Shown one piece after another: positions 9,925 through 21,323 of a stretch of DNA of 64,000 nucleotides. The notes beneath the pieces were generated by a model. The model did no database searches. It was not told the DNA's origin and worked only from the letters and a program-made list of their open reading frames with translations. A program made the position numbers and the translations under genes. How positions within the stretch are numbered: the first letter of the stretch is position 1; each line of letters opens with the position of its first letter. This DNA comes from Minisyncoccota bacterium (GTDB lineage Bacteria > Patescibacteriota > Minisyncoccia > JAHISW01 > Tagabacteraceae), in the NCBI GenBank assembly GCA_028711505.1, contig JAQTSC010000002.1, positions 11,936 through 75,935 on the forward strand, given 5' to 3'.

Positions 9925-10551
9925 TTATGCGTTCTTTAATTCTTCTACGGCCATTCCTATATCCTTTGCGGAAAAAATATACGATGCCGTAACCAAAATA
10001 TCGGCTCCGGCCTCAGCGGCTTTTTTAGCGGCTTCTTTATCTATTCCGCCGTCAACTTCTATTATAGCAGACGGACAATTTTCTTTTATGTGGATTATTT
10101 TATCAAGGCTTTCTTCTAAAAATGTTTGCCCGGCCAATCCGGCGCGGACTGACAAAATTTGAAAAATATCAACTTTTTCGTAAAAAGGCACGAGTCTGGT
10201 CCACGCAGTGTCCGGGGCTATGGCTATTCCGACTTCTTTTCCGGCTTTACGGCATTTATCCGCGACCAAAAAAGGGTCTTTCGCGGTTTCAAGCTGAAAA
10301 ATAATCCTGCTAATCGGCTCTATAAGCCAATCTTCAACTTTTTGGTCAATATCGTTTATCATCAAATGCGCCTCCAGTTTTAGAGGCGTTTTGATATCGG
10401 CTAAATCTTTCGGATTATGCCAAATAATATTTTGCGTAAAAGTGCCGTCGCAGACGTCTATCTGCGCCCATTCTGAATACGGCTCAATTAATTTTATCTG
10501 CCTTTTAACTTCCTCAAAAGATTCTGCGTTGATAGCGGGTATTATTTCCAT
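9925..10551 (-). CDS. rpe: ribulose-phosphate 3-epimerase-like TIM-barrel protein
   Basis: ~208 aa, 'IDVCDG' metal-binding segment, C-terminal 'VDGGI' phosphate-binding motif. Adjacent to the transketolase genes (non-oxidative pentose phosphate pathway). Confidence 0.65.
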   Translation of the reverse strand: MEIIPAINAESFEEVKRQIKLIEPYSEWAQIDVCDGTFTQNIIWHNPKDLADIKTPLKLEAHLMINDIDQKVEDWLIEPISRIIFQLETAKDPFLVADKCRKAGKEVGIAIAPDTAWTRLVPFYEKVDIFQILSVRAGLAGQTFLEESLDKIIHIKENCPSAIIEVDGGIDKEAAKKAAEAGADILVTASYIFSAKDIGMAVEELKNA

Positions 10552-10640
10552 ATTGAAAGATTATACCACCCCGCCAAAATCCGCGCGAGGCAAAAAAAGC
10601 CCCGTTCTGCGAAACGGGGGCTTGTTTGGCCAATGCCATG

Positions 10641-11165
10641 CTAAAAAAATCTTTTGATAAGAACTATGGTGCTGGCATTGTACAGCGGATTTTCAAAAGG
10701 GAAAATTTTCTGTTCAATTACTCCCGAAAAGCCGTTGCTATTCGTGGCATGTATAATGCTGTTCCCGCCAACAAAAAGAGCGACGTGCCCAATATACAAT
10801 TTCTTTTCCGGAAATAAATCATGTCTGTAATGGCCCCTTTCGCCTTCAAAAAAGACAAGGTCTCCCGCTTGAACATTTCGTCTTCCGCAAACCTCAAAAC
10901 CCTGCCGATCCGCCGCCTGAAGAATCGTTGAACGAGGAATCTTTATGTCAGCTTTGGCAAAGACGGACTGGATGAAAGAAGAACAATCAAATACTTTATT
11001 CTCAACGCCAAGCTCATCAAGATATGCCCCGTATTTGTAAGGACTGCCGATAAGACGTTTCGCCTCTTCTACTACTATTTCAATCTTTTTATTCTCCATA
11101 AAGCGTTCCTCCTTATTTAAAAAACCAATTTTATACAAGCTTACACTCTTATTGAAATTTGTCAA
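10641..11165 (-). CDS. NlpC/P60 (C40) family cell-wall peptidase; true start may be internal Met near 11099
   Basis: 'GSPYKYGA', catalytic Cys in 'FDCSSFIQ', and His in 'GHVALFVG...IHA', which is the canonical NlpC/P60 triad order. Confidence 0.8.
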   Translation of the reverse strand: MTNFNKSVSLYKIGFLNKEERFMENKKIEIVVEEAKRLIGSPYKYGAYLDELGVENKVFDCSSFIQSVFAKADIKIPRSTILQAADRQGFEVCGRRNVQAGDLVFFEGERGHYRHDLFPEKKLYIGHVALFVGGNSIIHATNSNGFSGVIEQKIFPFENPLYNASTIVLIKRFF

Positions 11166-11192
11166 AGTTTAATGTATCCTTGTATAATTAAA

Positions 11193-11266
11193 GCCGGCGT
11201 AGCTCAGTCGGTTAGAGCATGGGACTCATAAACCCAAGGTCAGTGGTTCGATTCCACTCGCCGGCA
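11193..11266 (+). tRNA. tRNA with CAU anticodon (elongator Met or lysidine-type Ile2)
   Basis: Cloverleaf: GCCGGCG acceptor, D arm GCTC/GAGC, anticodon loop CTCATAA, T loop TTCGATT. 74 nt, no encoded CCA. Confidence 0.8.
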
Positions 11267-11286
11267 TTGTACGATTGAAAATTTTT

Positions 11287-11360
11287 GCGGCTGTAGCTTA
11301 GCGGTTTAAAGCGCTTCCCTGTCACGGAAGAGACCGTGGGTTCAAATCCCATCAGCCGCG
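11287..11360 (+). tRNA. tRNA-Asp (GTC)
   Basis: Acceptor GCGGCTG/CAGCCGC, anticodon stem CTTCC/GGAAG with loop CTGTCAC, T loop TTCAAAT. Confidence 0.85.
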
Positions 11361-11422
11361 CTTAATTAAAATTCCCGACATAAAGTCGGGAATTTTCCGT
11401 TATTGCTGCAGCTTACTGCAGC

Positions 11423-11821
11423 TTAATATTTCTTGACCAAGACAGTAAAAGAAGGGGCCTCAAAATTAAAAAATGAAACTTTTTTTAATTCCTGGCTCAA
11501 CGCCTCAATCTCACAAGGGTCGGATGAATAAATTTTCACAAAAGGAAAACTCACATCGCAATGGTCGTCGCAAACAAAAGCGGCAGTATCAAAATCTTCT
11601 AAGATAACCTTGCTTTTTGCTCCGGCTTTTTGTATGGCGAGTTTTACGGCTCTTGTAAAATCCTGCCGTGTTTTTTGCGGCAAATTTTTTGCCCCATGAA
11701 TTTCAACAACCGAAACAACTTCGTTTTTCGTCATATTTCCGCTCTCCTTTCTCCCGTCTAAAATCTCAAAATAAACAAATTTATTATTATCAACGTCCTG
11801 TTCCCTTCTGTCTTTTATCAC
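11423..11821 (-). CDS. hypothetical protein (132 aa)
   Basis: ORF between tRNA genes. No confidently recognisable family. Confidence 0.35.
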   Translation of the reverse strand: MIKDRREQDVDNNKFVYFEILDGRKESGNMTKNEVVSVVEIHGAKNLPQKTRQDFTRAVKLAIQKAGAKSKVILEDFDTAAFVCDDHCDVSFPFVKIYSSDPCEIEALSQELKKVSFFNFEAPSFTVLVKKY

Positions 11822-11882
11822 AATGCCAAAAAGAAAACAAGAAAGGCAGGTTAATGTTTAACCTGCCTCAGAAAATCAAGCG

Positions 11883-12251
11883 TTAAGCTCTACGAAAAGC
11901 TTTCAACCGGACCTTTATCAAAAATTTAAGATTTTTATAGCCGGCAAAAAACATAATAAACGGCCAACCGTAGATTTCCTTGTATTGCCGGAACAAAAAT
12001 TTTATCTGACGCGGGTCCTTAAAGTCTGATAAAAAAATTCCGCTAGACTTTTGAATCAACCAGTAAAAACGGAATTTTGTGATTTTGTTGAATAAAAATA
12101 GAAAGAAATTAGGCGGAGGGATGAGGCAGACTTTCGGTATTGACCTGTTGTAATCTTCGGCTCTGGCATGTTTTATTTGATAATAAAGCACCCCTGTTTT
12201 TCGGTACCACCAAAGAAAAATAATAAAAGCAAAAATCATCAATATTTCCAT
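11883..12251 (-). CDS. hypothetical small membrane protein
   Basis: ORF with an N-terminal TM helix. Low-complexity, basic composition. Weak call. Confidence 0.25.
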   Translation of the reverse strand: MEILMIFAFIIFLWWYRKTGVLYYQIKHARAEDYNRSIPKVCLIPPPNFFLFLFNKITKFRFYWLIQKSSGIFLSDFKDPRQIKFLFRQYKEIYGWPFIMFFAGYKNLKFLIKVRLKAFRRA

Positions 12252-12380
12252 TTCTATTTCCCCCTTTTTTTAAGATTCAACATCAGATTTTATCTAAACT
12301 AATTTTTACCGCGCTGATAAAAAATAATCAAGTGCTTGTTTATTTGGGAAAAAACTGTTATATTTTAAAAATAAATTTAT

Positions 12381-12452
12381 CGCGGGGAAGTGTAACGGTT
12401 GCACACGAGGCTCATAACCTTGTAGTAGTAGGTTCAATTCCTACCCCCGCAA
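12381..12452 (+). tRNA. initiator tRNA-fMet (CAU)
   Basis: CGCGGGG 5' acceptor with a C1:A72 mismatch (the bacterial initiator hallmark), anticodon loop CTCATAA, T arm GTAGG-TTCAATT-CCTAC. Confidence 0.75.
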
Positions 12453-12610
12453 CACAACAACAAAAAACATCCGCTTGCCGGGTGTTTTTTGTTGTTGCTA
12501 TTGAGGAACTAAGCGCGAAGAAAATACCACTTCAGGCGGAGAAAATAAAATAGAAAAAATTTATTAACCTATTCATTATAGGAAGGGGAAATCATTGTTT
12601 TTATTTTGAT

Positions 12611-13213
12611 TTATATATACTCCACTTCCTTCAGCGCTTTTTCATAAAGCGACAAAACCTCCTTGGCTTCATCTTGAGTAAACTCATACGCTTCGCCTTC
12701 AAAATCTATATTCTTCCGCACCTCGTGAGCTCTCCACACATCATAAATTCCTTTGAATTTATGATGGTCTATTTTTGAAAGCCTTTCGCCGAAAGTTTCT
12801 CCCTGATACCCTATTTTGATTATTATCTCATCAATAATATTATCCGCCTCAACAACCGCCCATTTCCAATCCTCCGGGTTTTCCGAGTCCCGAAGTCTTT
12901 TTACTTTATTCCATCTTTCAATCCTTTCCTGCGGAGAAAAGTCCGCCGTCCTTTTTAAAAGTTCCGCTAATTTTGTTTTTCTCATTCTGAAAAGCATAAG
13001 CAGGACGCACAAAATTCCAAAGAAAAGGATAATGGAAAGAACCACCGAAAATATTTTTACCTGAGAAAAAGAGCCGAAACGCTTCCATTCTCCGGTCGTG
13101 AAGAAACGGTTTGATTCTTCAAAAAAAACCGAGATGCGATAAAAAATGTATTCCAAATTCAGATAAGGTTTCATAAAAACAAAAGATAAATACAAACAAG
13201 ACGGAAAGAACAA
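12611..13213 (-). CDS. hypothetical membrane protein (N-terminal TM segments, charged C-terminal domain)
   Basis: ORF directly downstream of gatA, same strand. No recognised motifs. Confidence 0.4.
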   Translation of the reverse strand: MFFPSCLYLSFVFMKPYLNLEYIFYRISVFFEESNRFFTTGEWKRFGSFSQVKIFSVVLSIILFFGILCVLLMLFRMRKTKLAELLKRTADFSPQERIERWNKVKRLRDSENPEDWKWAVVEADNIIDEIIIKIGYQGETFGERLSKIDHHKFKGIYDVWRAHEVRKNIDFEGEAYEFTQDEAKEVLSLYEKALKEVEYI

Positions 13214-13219
13214 AATAAT

Positions 13220-14707
13220 TTAAAAATTCTCTTCAAAAAATTTGCCTAAAGAAAATAATCTTTCTTCTTCAAACCACGGAGCCATAAATTGAACGCCTAT
13301 CGGCAATTTTTTCGCTCCAATTTCCGCGTACCCGCAAGGCAAAGAGATTGCCGGAACTCCGCTTAAATTTGCCGACACGGTAAAGATATCCGCAAGATAC
13401 ATCTGTACGGGGTCTTCTGTTCTTTCTCCAAGTTTAAAAGCCGGCGTAGGGGTTGTCGGACTCAACACGACATCAACATCGGTAAAAGCCCGGTTAAAAT
13501 CGGCTTTCATCAAATCTCTGGCTTTTTGCGCCAAACCGTAATATTCGTCATAATAACCGGACGAAAGAACGTATGTTCCAAGCAAAATCCTCCTGCGCGC
13601 TTCCCTGCCAAAACCTTTTCCTCTTGTTTCTTTATAGCCGGCCAAAAGATTTTCTCCGGATTTTGAAAATCCGTATTTTATACCGTCGTATCTCGCGAGA
13701 TTTGAAGAAACTTCGGCTGGCATAATTACATAATAAATTTCAAGCGCGTATTTCAAGCTCGGCAAACTGATTTCTTTTATTTCATATCCTGAATTTTTGA
13801 AAAACCCTATCGCTTTAAAAACATTTTCGGAAACGAAGTTATCAATGCCTTTGTTTTCACCGGATAAATTGAAAAATTCTTTTGGTATTCCTATTTTCAG
13901 CTTTTGACTATCGTCCGCCGGCCGACGAATCGATTTTCTGTTTTTGGTTTCTTCACTGGTAGAATCCATCGGGTCGCAATCTCGTATGGCGTTAAAAATT
14001 ATTTCCGCATCTTCCACGGTTTTCGTCATCGGGCCTATCTGGTCCAAAGAAGATGCCATGGCAATAAGTCCGTGTCTTGAGACCGCTCCGTAGGTCGGTT
14101 TAAACCCCACAATTCCGCAAAAACCGGCCGGCTGCCTTATTGAACCGCCGGTGTCGGAACCAAGCGCGGCAAGACACATCTGGCTGGCGACCGCGGCGGC
14201 GGAGCCGCCGGAAGACCCGCCGGAAACTCTTTCTCCGTCATAAGGATTTTTGGTCGCTCCAAAAGCGGAATTTTCGGTTGAACCGCCCATGGCAAATTCA
14301 TCAAGGTTGGTTTTTCCTAAAAATATGGCGCCTTCTTTTTCAAGCTTATCAATAACCGCGGCATTGTACGGCGCTTTGAAATTTTCAAGAATTTTCGACG
14401 CGGCAGTGCACTTTTTTCCTTTTATCAAAATGTTGTCTTTTATCGCCAAAGGAATCCCGGTCAATTCCGAAAATCGCCCTCCCTCTTTGATTTGCTCGTC
14501 AATTTTTTCCGCCTTCTCCATTACATCGTCAAAAACTTCCAAATAAGCGTTGATATCGCTGTTTCTTTTCTTGATGTTTTCAAGATAAAAAACGGAAAGT
14601 TCCCTGCTGGAAATTTCGCCGGTTTTTAGAAGTTCGTGCGCTTTTTTTATTGAAAGTTCGGATAAATCAATCTTCGTCATTATCAAAAACTTTTTTAACC
14701 TTAACAA
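13220..14707 (-). CDS. gatA: Asp-tRNA(Asn)/Glu-tRNA(Gln) amidotransferase subunit A
   Basis: Amidase signature 'GGSSGGSAAAVA' with the Ser-cisSer-Lys triad context. 495 aa. Overlaps gatC. Confidence 0.95.
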   Translation of the reverse strand: MLRLKKFLIMTKIDLSELSIKKAHELLKTGEISSRELSVFYLENIKKRNSDINAYLEVFDDVMEKAEKIDEQIKEGGRFSELTGIPLAIKDNILIKGKKCTAASKILENFKAPYNAAVIDKLEKEGAIFLGKTNLDEFAMGGSTENSAFGATKNPYDGERVSGGSSGGSAAAVASQMCLAALGSDTGGSIRQPAGFCGIVGFKPTYGAVSRHGLIAMASSLDQIGPMTKTVEDAEIIFNAIRDCDPMDSTSEETKNRKSIRRPADDSQKLKIGIPKEFFNLSGENKGIDNFVSENVFKAIGFFKNSGYEIKEISLPSLKYALEIYYVIMPAEVSSNLARYDGIKYGFSKSGENLLAGYKETRGKGFGREARRRILLGTYVLSSGYYDEYYGLAQKARDLMKADFNRAFTDVDVVLSPTTPTPAFKLGERTEDPVQMYLADIFTVSANLSGVPAISLPCGYAEIGAKKLPIGVQFMAPWFEEERLFSLGKFFEENF

Positions 14708-14987
14708 ACCCTCTCTCTTTCTGCGGCGCTTCTTTCAAAAACGTTTCGCTGTATTCGGCTTCCTTATGCGGATTCTCGTCTTCTCTTAAAACGTTCTTAA
14801 GTCCCGCGCTGTCCCCGTTTTCGTTTTCAGCCGAGATAATCTGCAGTTCACCCGGCGCTTGTTTTAATTTTGAGATGAACGTCACGATATCATCCAAATT
14901 TTTTTGGAGCACTTTCAACTCGCTGTCAGGAACATCCAAACGGCCAAGTTCGGCTAATTTTTCCAACTCTTTTTTCGTAAATGCCAT
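14667..14987 (-). CDS. gatC: Asp-tRNA(Asn)/Glu-tRNA(Gln) amidotransferase subunit C
   Basis: ~100-aa GatC-like sequence (MAFTKKELEKLAELGRLDV...) directly upstream of and overlapping gatA. Confidence 0.85.
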   Translation of the reverse strand: MAFTKKELEKLAELGRLDVPDSELKVLQKNLDDIVTFISKLKQAPGELQIISAENENGDSAGLKNVLREDENPHKEAEYSETFLKEAPQKERGFVKVKKVFDNDED

Positions 14988-15182
14988 GTTTTAATATTAC
15001 ACGCGCAAGGAGATTATTAAAAGCATCCGCTTCGAACCTCTGGAATATTCCTTTCGCGACACGCTCTCTTCGCTCCAGCGGCTCACTCGCTCGTCTACGG
15101 CGAAAAAAATTTTTTGTTTTATAAATTTTAACAAAAAATACCAATCTTTTTTCGTCTTCGAATGATCTTGAAAGAAATATTA

Positions 15183-15347
15183 CCGAGGTTCGCTAAAAAC
15201 CAGTAGGGAGCAGAATGTTTCCTCTGAGCGGATTGTGTAGGCGTTTTGGCATGGTCCCCGCCCTTGGCGGGGCAAAACGCCGGAACCCTCGGAGTCCCGC
15301 GCTGGCGGGACGAGAATGAGCGAAGGGAAAACATTCTACTCCCTACT
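15183..15347. ncRNA. candidate structured RNA element (GC-rich, nested hairpins closed by a ~20-bp long-range stem); identity and strand unknown
   Basis: AGTAGGGAGCAGAATGTTTCC (15202-15222) pairs with GGAAAACATTCTACTCCCTACT (15325-15347). Enclosed are CCGAGG...CCTCGG and GGCGTTTTGGC...GCCAAAACGCC with an inner CCCCGCC-CTT-GGCGGGG hairpin. Lies in the 3' UTR of ligA and upstream of gatC. Confidence 0.3.
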
Positions 15348-15348
15348 A

Positions 15349-17421
<2,073 letters not shown>

Positions 17422-17450
17422 TTACAAAAACGCCGGCAAAAAATTGAAAC

Positions 17451-18218
17451 TTATGTCCAAAAAAATGCCAAAAGAGAGCCGAAGACAAGAAACGGGCCGA
17501 AAGGAATTTTGCTCTTAAGCCCGTAGCCTTTTTTAAGCGAAATCAGCAAAAGCCCGATTATTGAGCCTACCCAAAACGCGAACAAAAATCCGAAAAATAC
17601 TTTTTCAAATCCCAAAAACCAGCCAAGACCTAAGGCGAGCTTGGCATCGCCAAAACCCATCCACTTTCCTTTTGACAAAAACCAAAGGACGGCAAAAAAA
17701 CCGCCAAAAAGAAATCCCGCTGACAAATCCAGAAGAAAATCGTAGAGGCTGAAACTTGAAAAATAAATCATGTAATTAAAAGCGAGCGCGTTGAAAAACC
17801 AAACATAACCGTTCGGAATTATAAAATGAAGAAAATCATAAACCGCGATAACGATTAGGATTGAAACAATAAGCCAAAGAAAAAACACGATCCCAAGCAA
17901 ATGGAAATTGGAAAATTGATTGAAAATTAAAAATTTAAAATTAAAAATCAGCAGGAACAACAGCCCCGTTATTGTTTCTAATATCGGATACTGCCAGGAA
18001 ATTTTGCTTTTGCACCCCCTGCATTTCCCTTTTTGCGCCAAAAAACTGAAAATCGGAAAAAGCTCCTTCCACTTTAATTTTTTTCCGCAGGAAAAACATT
18101 TTGAATTTCCCCAAAAAACGCCCTCGCCGGTGCCGCGCCTAAGTATAAGCACATTCAAAAAACTGCCTATGACAGACCCGAAGATAAAAACAATTATGCC
18201 AAGAACAACATTATTCAT
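17451..18218 (-). CDS. pilD: type IV prepilin leader peptidase (A24 family)
   Basis: N-terminal CxxC...CxxC zinc motif, conserved Asp-containing motifs (AVYDF; GFGDAKL), polytopic membrane protein. Confidence 0.85.
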   Translation of the reverse strand: MNNVVLGIIVFIFGSVIGSFLNVLILRRGTGEGVFWGNSKCFSCGKKLKWKELFPIFSFLAQKGKCRGCKSKISWQYPILETITGLLFLLIFNFKFLIFNQFSNFHLLGIVFFLWLIVSILIVIAVYDFLHFIIPNGYVWFFNALAFNYMIYFSSFSLYDFLLDLSAGFLFGGFFAVLWFLSKGKWMGFGDAKLALGLGWFLGFEKVFFGFLFAFWVGSIIGLLLISLKKGYGLKSKIPFGPFLVFGSLLAFFWT

Positions 18219-18326
18219 ATTCTAATTTTACCATATCTTTTTTATTTCTAAACACGGCGGCATAAACAGAAACCCAGCTCCTTATAAGGGGGCTGGGTTG
18301 CCTGTTTCAATGCAATCTGAAAGGAA

Positions 18327-18836
18327 TTACGGAGTTACGTCGTAGCAAGCATCAGTTCCTGCACCATCAGTCGCATCGCAGTCAGCGTCGTTTCCGTCAA
18401 AACCGAAGTCAGCTGAAGGAGACTTATCTGCATCATTATCAAGAGCAGCATTAGAAGTATCTTCTAGGACCGCTCCAAGATGGTAATAAAGACAGTTGCC
18501 CGCATCAGCCACGGCGCACGCGCCTCCAGCGCTGCTATCCAAATTATCATAAGCATAGCCTGCGAGAGAGCTAGGGTCAGTCGGAACTACAGCTATATAC
18601 GTAGGAGCAAGAGTAGACAATGCATCCGGATAACCAGTTTCAGTGGCGCACGCTGCGTCATAACAAAGCTCAAGCGCCAATTGAATTTGTTTTAAGTCCG
18701 CAATTCTTCTAGCATCTCTTGATTTCTGCCTCGCGCTGTTCAATGACGCCAAAACTACTGACGCCAAAATACCAATGATGGCGATAACCACGAGGAGTTC
18801 AATTAAAGTAAAGCCCTTATTTCTTTTGCTAAACAT
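18327..18836 (-). CDS. pilA: type IV major pilin (PilA-like)
   Basis: Canonical prepilin N-terminus 'KGFTLIELLVVIAIIGILASVVLASL' (G|FTLIE). C-terminal Cys pairs. Confidence 0.85.
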   Translation of the reverse strand: MFSKRNKGFTLIELLVVIAIIGILASVVLASLNSARQKSRDARRIADLKQIQLALELCYDAACATETGYPDALSTLAPTYIAVVPTDPSSLAGYAYDNLDSSAGGACAVADAGNCLYYHLGAVLEDTSNAALDNDADKSPSADFGFDGNDADCDATDGAGTDACYDVTP

Positions 18837-18962
18837 TTTTTAATTCGGTATTAAGTTAATCGACCTTTTGGTTAATTGCTTAATTACAAATTCATTATAA
18901 CGTTTCTGACTTTATTTTTCACGTTTTGTTGTGGATAAGTTTCTTTGCAAGACAACTCCGCA

Positions 18963-20171
18963 TTATACCGCCATCGCGATGTTGTAAATCGGCACCAAAA
19001 CAGAAGCCAGAAGAAGCCCGACACCGACGCCCAAAACAACGGTCATCGCCGGCTCAATAAGACCTATCATTGTTTCAAGAGCGTCGTCCATTTCTCTTTT
19101 ATAGAAACCCGCCAGCGTTTTAAATATAAAATCCAATTTCCCTGTTTCTTCCCCTATTTTTATCATCTGTCCCATAAGAGGCGAAATTTCATGATACCTG
19201 GAAAAACTTTCGGAAATAGTGGCGCCTCCTTTAACCGATTCTATCGTATCTTTTAAAATCGCCCTGTAAATCGGGCTCTCAACCACATCCGATGTTATTT
19301 CCAAAGACCTTATCATGCTCACGCCTCCGGTAATCAAAGTTTCCAGGTTGTCGGCAATACGGGCAAGATAAAGCTTTTGGTATAAAGTTCCAAGATAAGG
19401 AATAGAAAGCTGGAGAGAAGCGACTTTAAGACGGCCATCGGGTGTTTTTGAATATCTCCATAAAAGGAAAACTCCTACTGCCAAAAAAAGGAAGAAAAAA
19501 GCTCCGTAATTTCTCAAAATATCGCTTGTGTACATTACCGCTTTCGTGTAAAGAGGAGCCTCCTGCCCGCTTTCTTTAATAATATCGGTGAGTTTGGGAA
19601 TAACAACAACCATCATTACCACAATTACACCGATAAAAGCGGCAACAACGAAAGCTGGATAGATAAGCGCTTTTTTCGCTTTGCCTATAAGTTCGGCATT
19701 GCGTTCCAGATAATCAGCCAAATGTTTGAAAATTTCATCCAATTTTCCGGATTCTTCCCCTGTCTTCACCATGCTTACGTAAAAATTAGAGAAAACTTTC
19801 GGATATCGCGAAAGCGCTTCCGCGATCCTTGAGCCGCCGCTTATATCCACGACAATGCCATTTAGAACCTCGCGCATAGCAGGATTTTCAATTTCGGCAG
19901 AGAGAAGTTTAAAAGCGCTCAATACTGAAACTTTCGCCTCAAAAAGAGTCGCTATCTGTCTTGAAAGCATCACTATATCTTTTCTTTTCACTTTTTTAAA
20001 AGAAAAAATATCCTTGTCAAAAAAAGGAATCCTGCTTGATTTTGAAACAAGGGAGATTACTATCAGGCCTCTTCTTTGGAGAGAACTTAAGGCGATTTCC
20101 TGGCTTGACGCTTCCAGTTCGCCTTCTTTAATTTCTCCGTTAGGCGTTGTCGCTTTGTAATAAAAAAGCAT
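18963..20171 (-). CDS. pilC: type IV pilus assembly platform protein PilC (GspF family)
   Basis: Two T2SSF-domain repeats with 3 TM segments. 402 aa. Located between pilA and pilT. Confidence 0.9.
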   Translation of the reverse strand: MLFYYKATTPNGEIKEGELEASSQEIALSSLQRRGLIVISLVSKSSRIPFFDKDIFSFKKVKRKDIVMLSRQIATLFEAKVSVLSAFKLLSAEIENPAMREVLNGIVVDISGGSRIAEALSRYPKVFSNFYVSMVKTGEESGKLDEIFKHLADYLERNAELIGKAKKALIYPAFVVAAFIGVIVVMMVVVIPKLTDIIKESGQEAPLYTKAVMYTSDILRNYGAFFFLFLAVGVFLLWRYSKTPDGRLKVASLQLSIPYLGTLYQKLYLARIADNLETLITGGVSMIRSLEITSDVVESPIYRAILKDTIESVKGGATISESFSRYHEISPLMGQMIKIGEETGKLDFIFKTLAGFYKREMDDALETMIGLIEPAMTVVLGVGVGLLLASVLVPIYNIAMAV

Positions 20172-20177
20172 AGAAAA

Positions 20178-21254
20178 TCAAGAATTTAAATCAACGAGCG
20201 CTTTGGGATTTAAAGAAAAAGCAAGCGCGTTGTCCATGCTTATTTCACCGCTTCTCACAAGATTCAAAAGTGAACTATTCAAGCTTATCATCCCTTCTGA
20301 CGAACTCGTTTCTATAACTATATCTATCTCGTGCGTGCGACCTTCGCGTATCAAATTCCGAATCGCCGTGTTTGCTATAAGAAGTTCGTACGCGGGGATA
20401 AGCCCTCCGGAAATCCTCGGCACAAGCCTTTGGGAAAAAATGCCAAGCAAACTTCCCGCAAGCTGCAGGCGAATCTGGTTTTGCTGGTCCGCCTGGAAAG
20501 AATCTATAATTCTGTCCACGGTCTGGCTTGCGTTGTTGGTGTGAAGCGATGAAAAAACCATATGCCCGGTTTCCGCCGCGGTTACGGCAATTGCGATACT
20601 GTCCGGATCTCTCATCTCGCCTATCATTGCCACGTCCACGTCTTGACGGAACATGGCGCGAAGGGCGCGCGGAAAATCTTCCGCGTCAGTCCCCACTTCG
20701 CGCTGATCTATTGTTGATTTGTCTTGTATGAATAAATATTCTATAGGATCTTCAATCGTCACAATATGCTGATTCATTTCATGATTTATTATATCTATCA
20801 TCGCGGCAAGGGTGGTTGATTTACCGTGCCCGGTAGGACCGACTACAAGGAAAAAACCTTGTTGCTTTAAAGCAAATGTCCTTAAAAGATCCGGCACATT
20901 CAGGTCTTCAAGATTTTTTATTTCGGAAGGAATAAAACGCATCGCCAAACCCATGTAGCCTTTCTGCCTGAAAGCGTTACATCTGAAACGAGCTTTATTC
21001 GCGGCATTATACGCGAAATCCAAATCTCCTTTTGCCAAAAGTTCCGTTTTTTGACTTTCTTTTATCATGGAAAAAACGATTCCTTCTATCAATTCCGGCG
21101 TCATCATCGGCTTCTTTACCAAAGGAACCAGTGTTCCGGAAACCCTCACGGTCGGGTGCCTGCCAACGGAAAGATGCAAATCAGACCCGCCTGATTCAAC
21201 GACGGAAGTAACCAAATCATTAATTTCTTTTAAATAATCGATTGAAGGCATCAA
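20178..21254 (-). CDS. pilT: twitching-motility/retraction ATPase PilT
   Basis: PilT-type secretion ATPase: Walker A 'GPTGHGKSTTLAAMI', Asp box, His box. ~358 aa, lacking the PilB N-terminal domains. Confidence 0.9.
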   Translation of the reverse strand: MMPSIDYLKEINDLVTSVVESGGSDLHLSVGRHPTVRVSGTLVPLVKKPMMTPELIEGIVFSMIKESQKTELLAKGDLDFAYNAANKARFRCNAFRQKGYMGLAMRFIPSEIKNLEDLNVPDLLRTFALKQQGFFLVVGPTGHGKSTTLAAMIDIINHEMNQHIVTIEDPIEYLFIQDKSTIDQREVGTDAEDFPRALRAMFRQDVDVAMIGEMRDPDSIAIAVTAAETGHMVFSSLHTNNASQTVDRIIDSFQADQQNQIRLQLAGSLLGIFSQRLVPRISGGLIPAYELLIANTAIRNLIREGRTHEIDIVIETSSSEGMISLNSSLLNLVRSGEISMDNALAFSLNPKALVDLNS

Positions 21255-21323
21255 AATAATTTAAGAAGATAAAATACCGATTATAAAATTACAATTTTAT
21301 ATTTTTGTTCCAAAATTTCCGTT

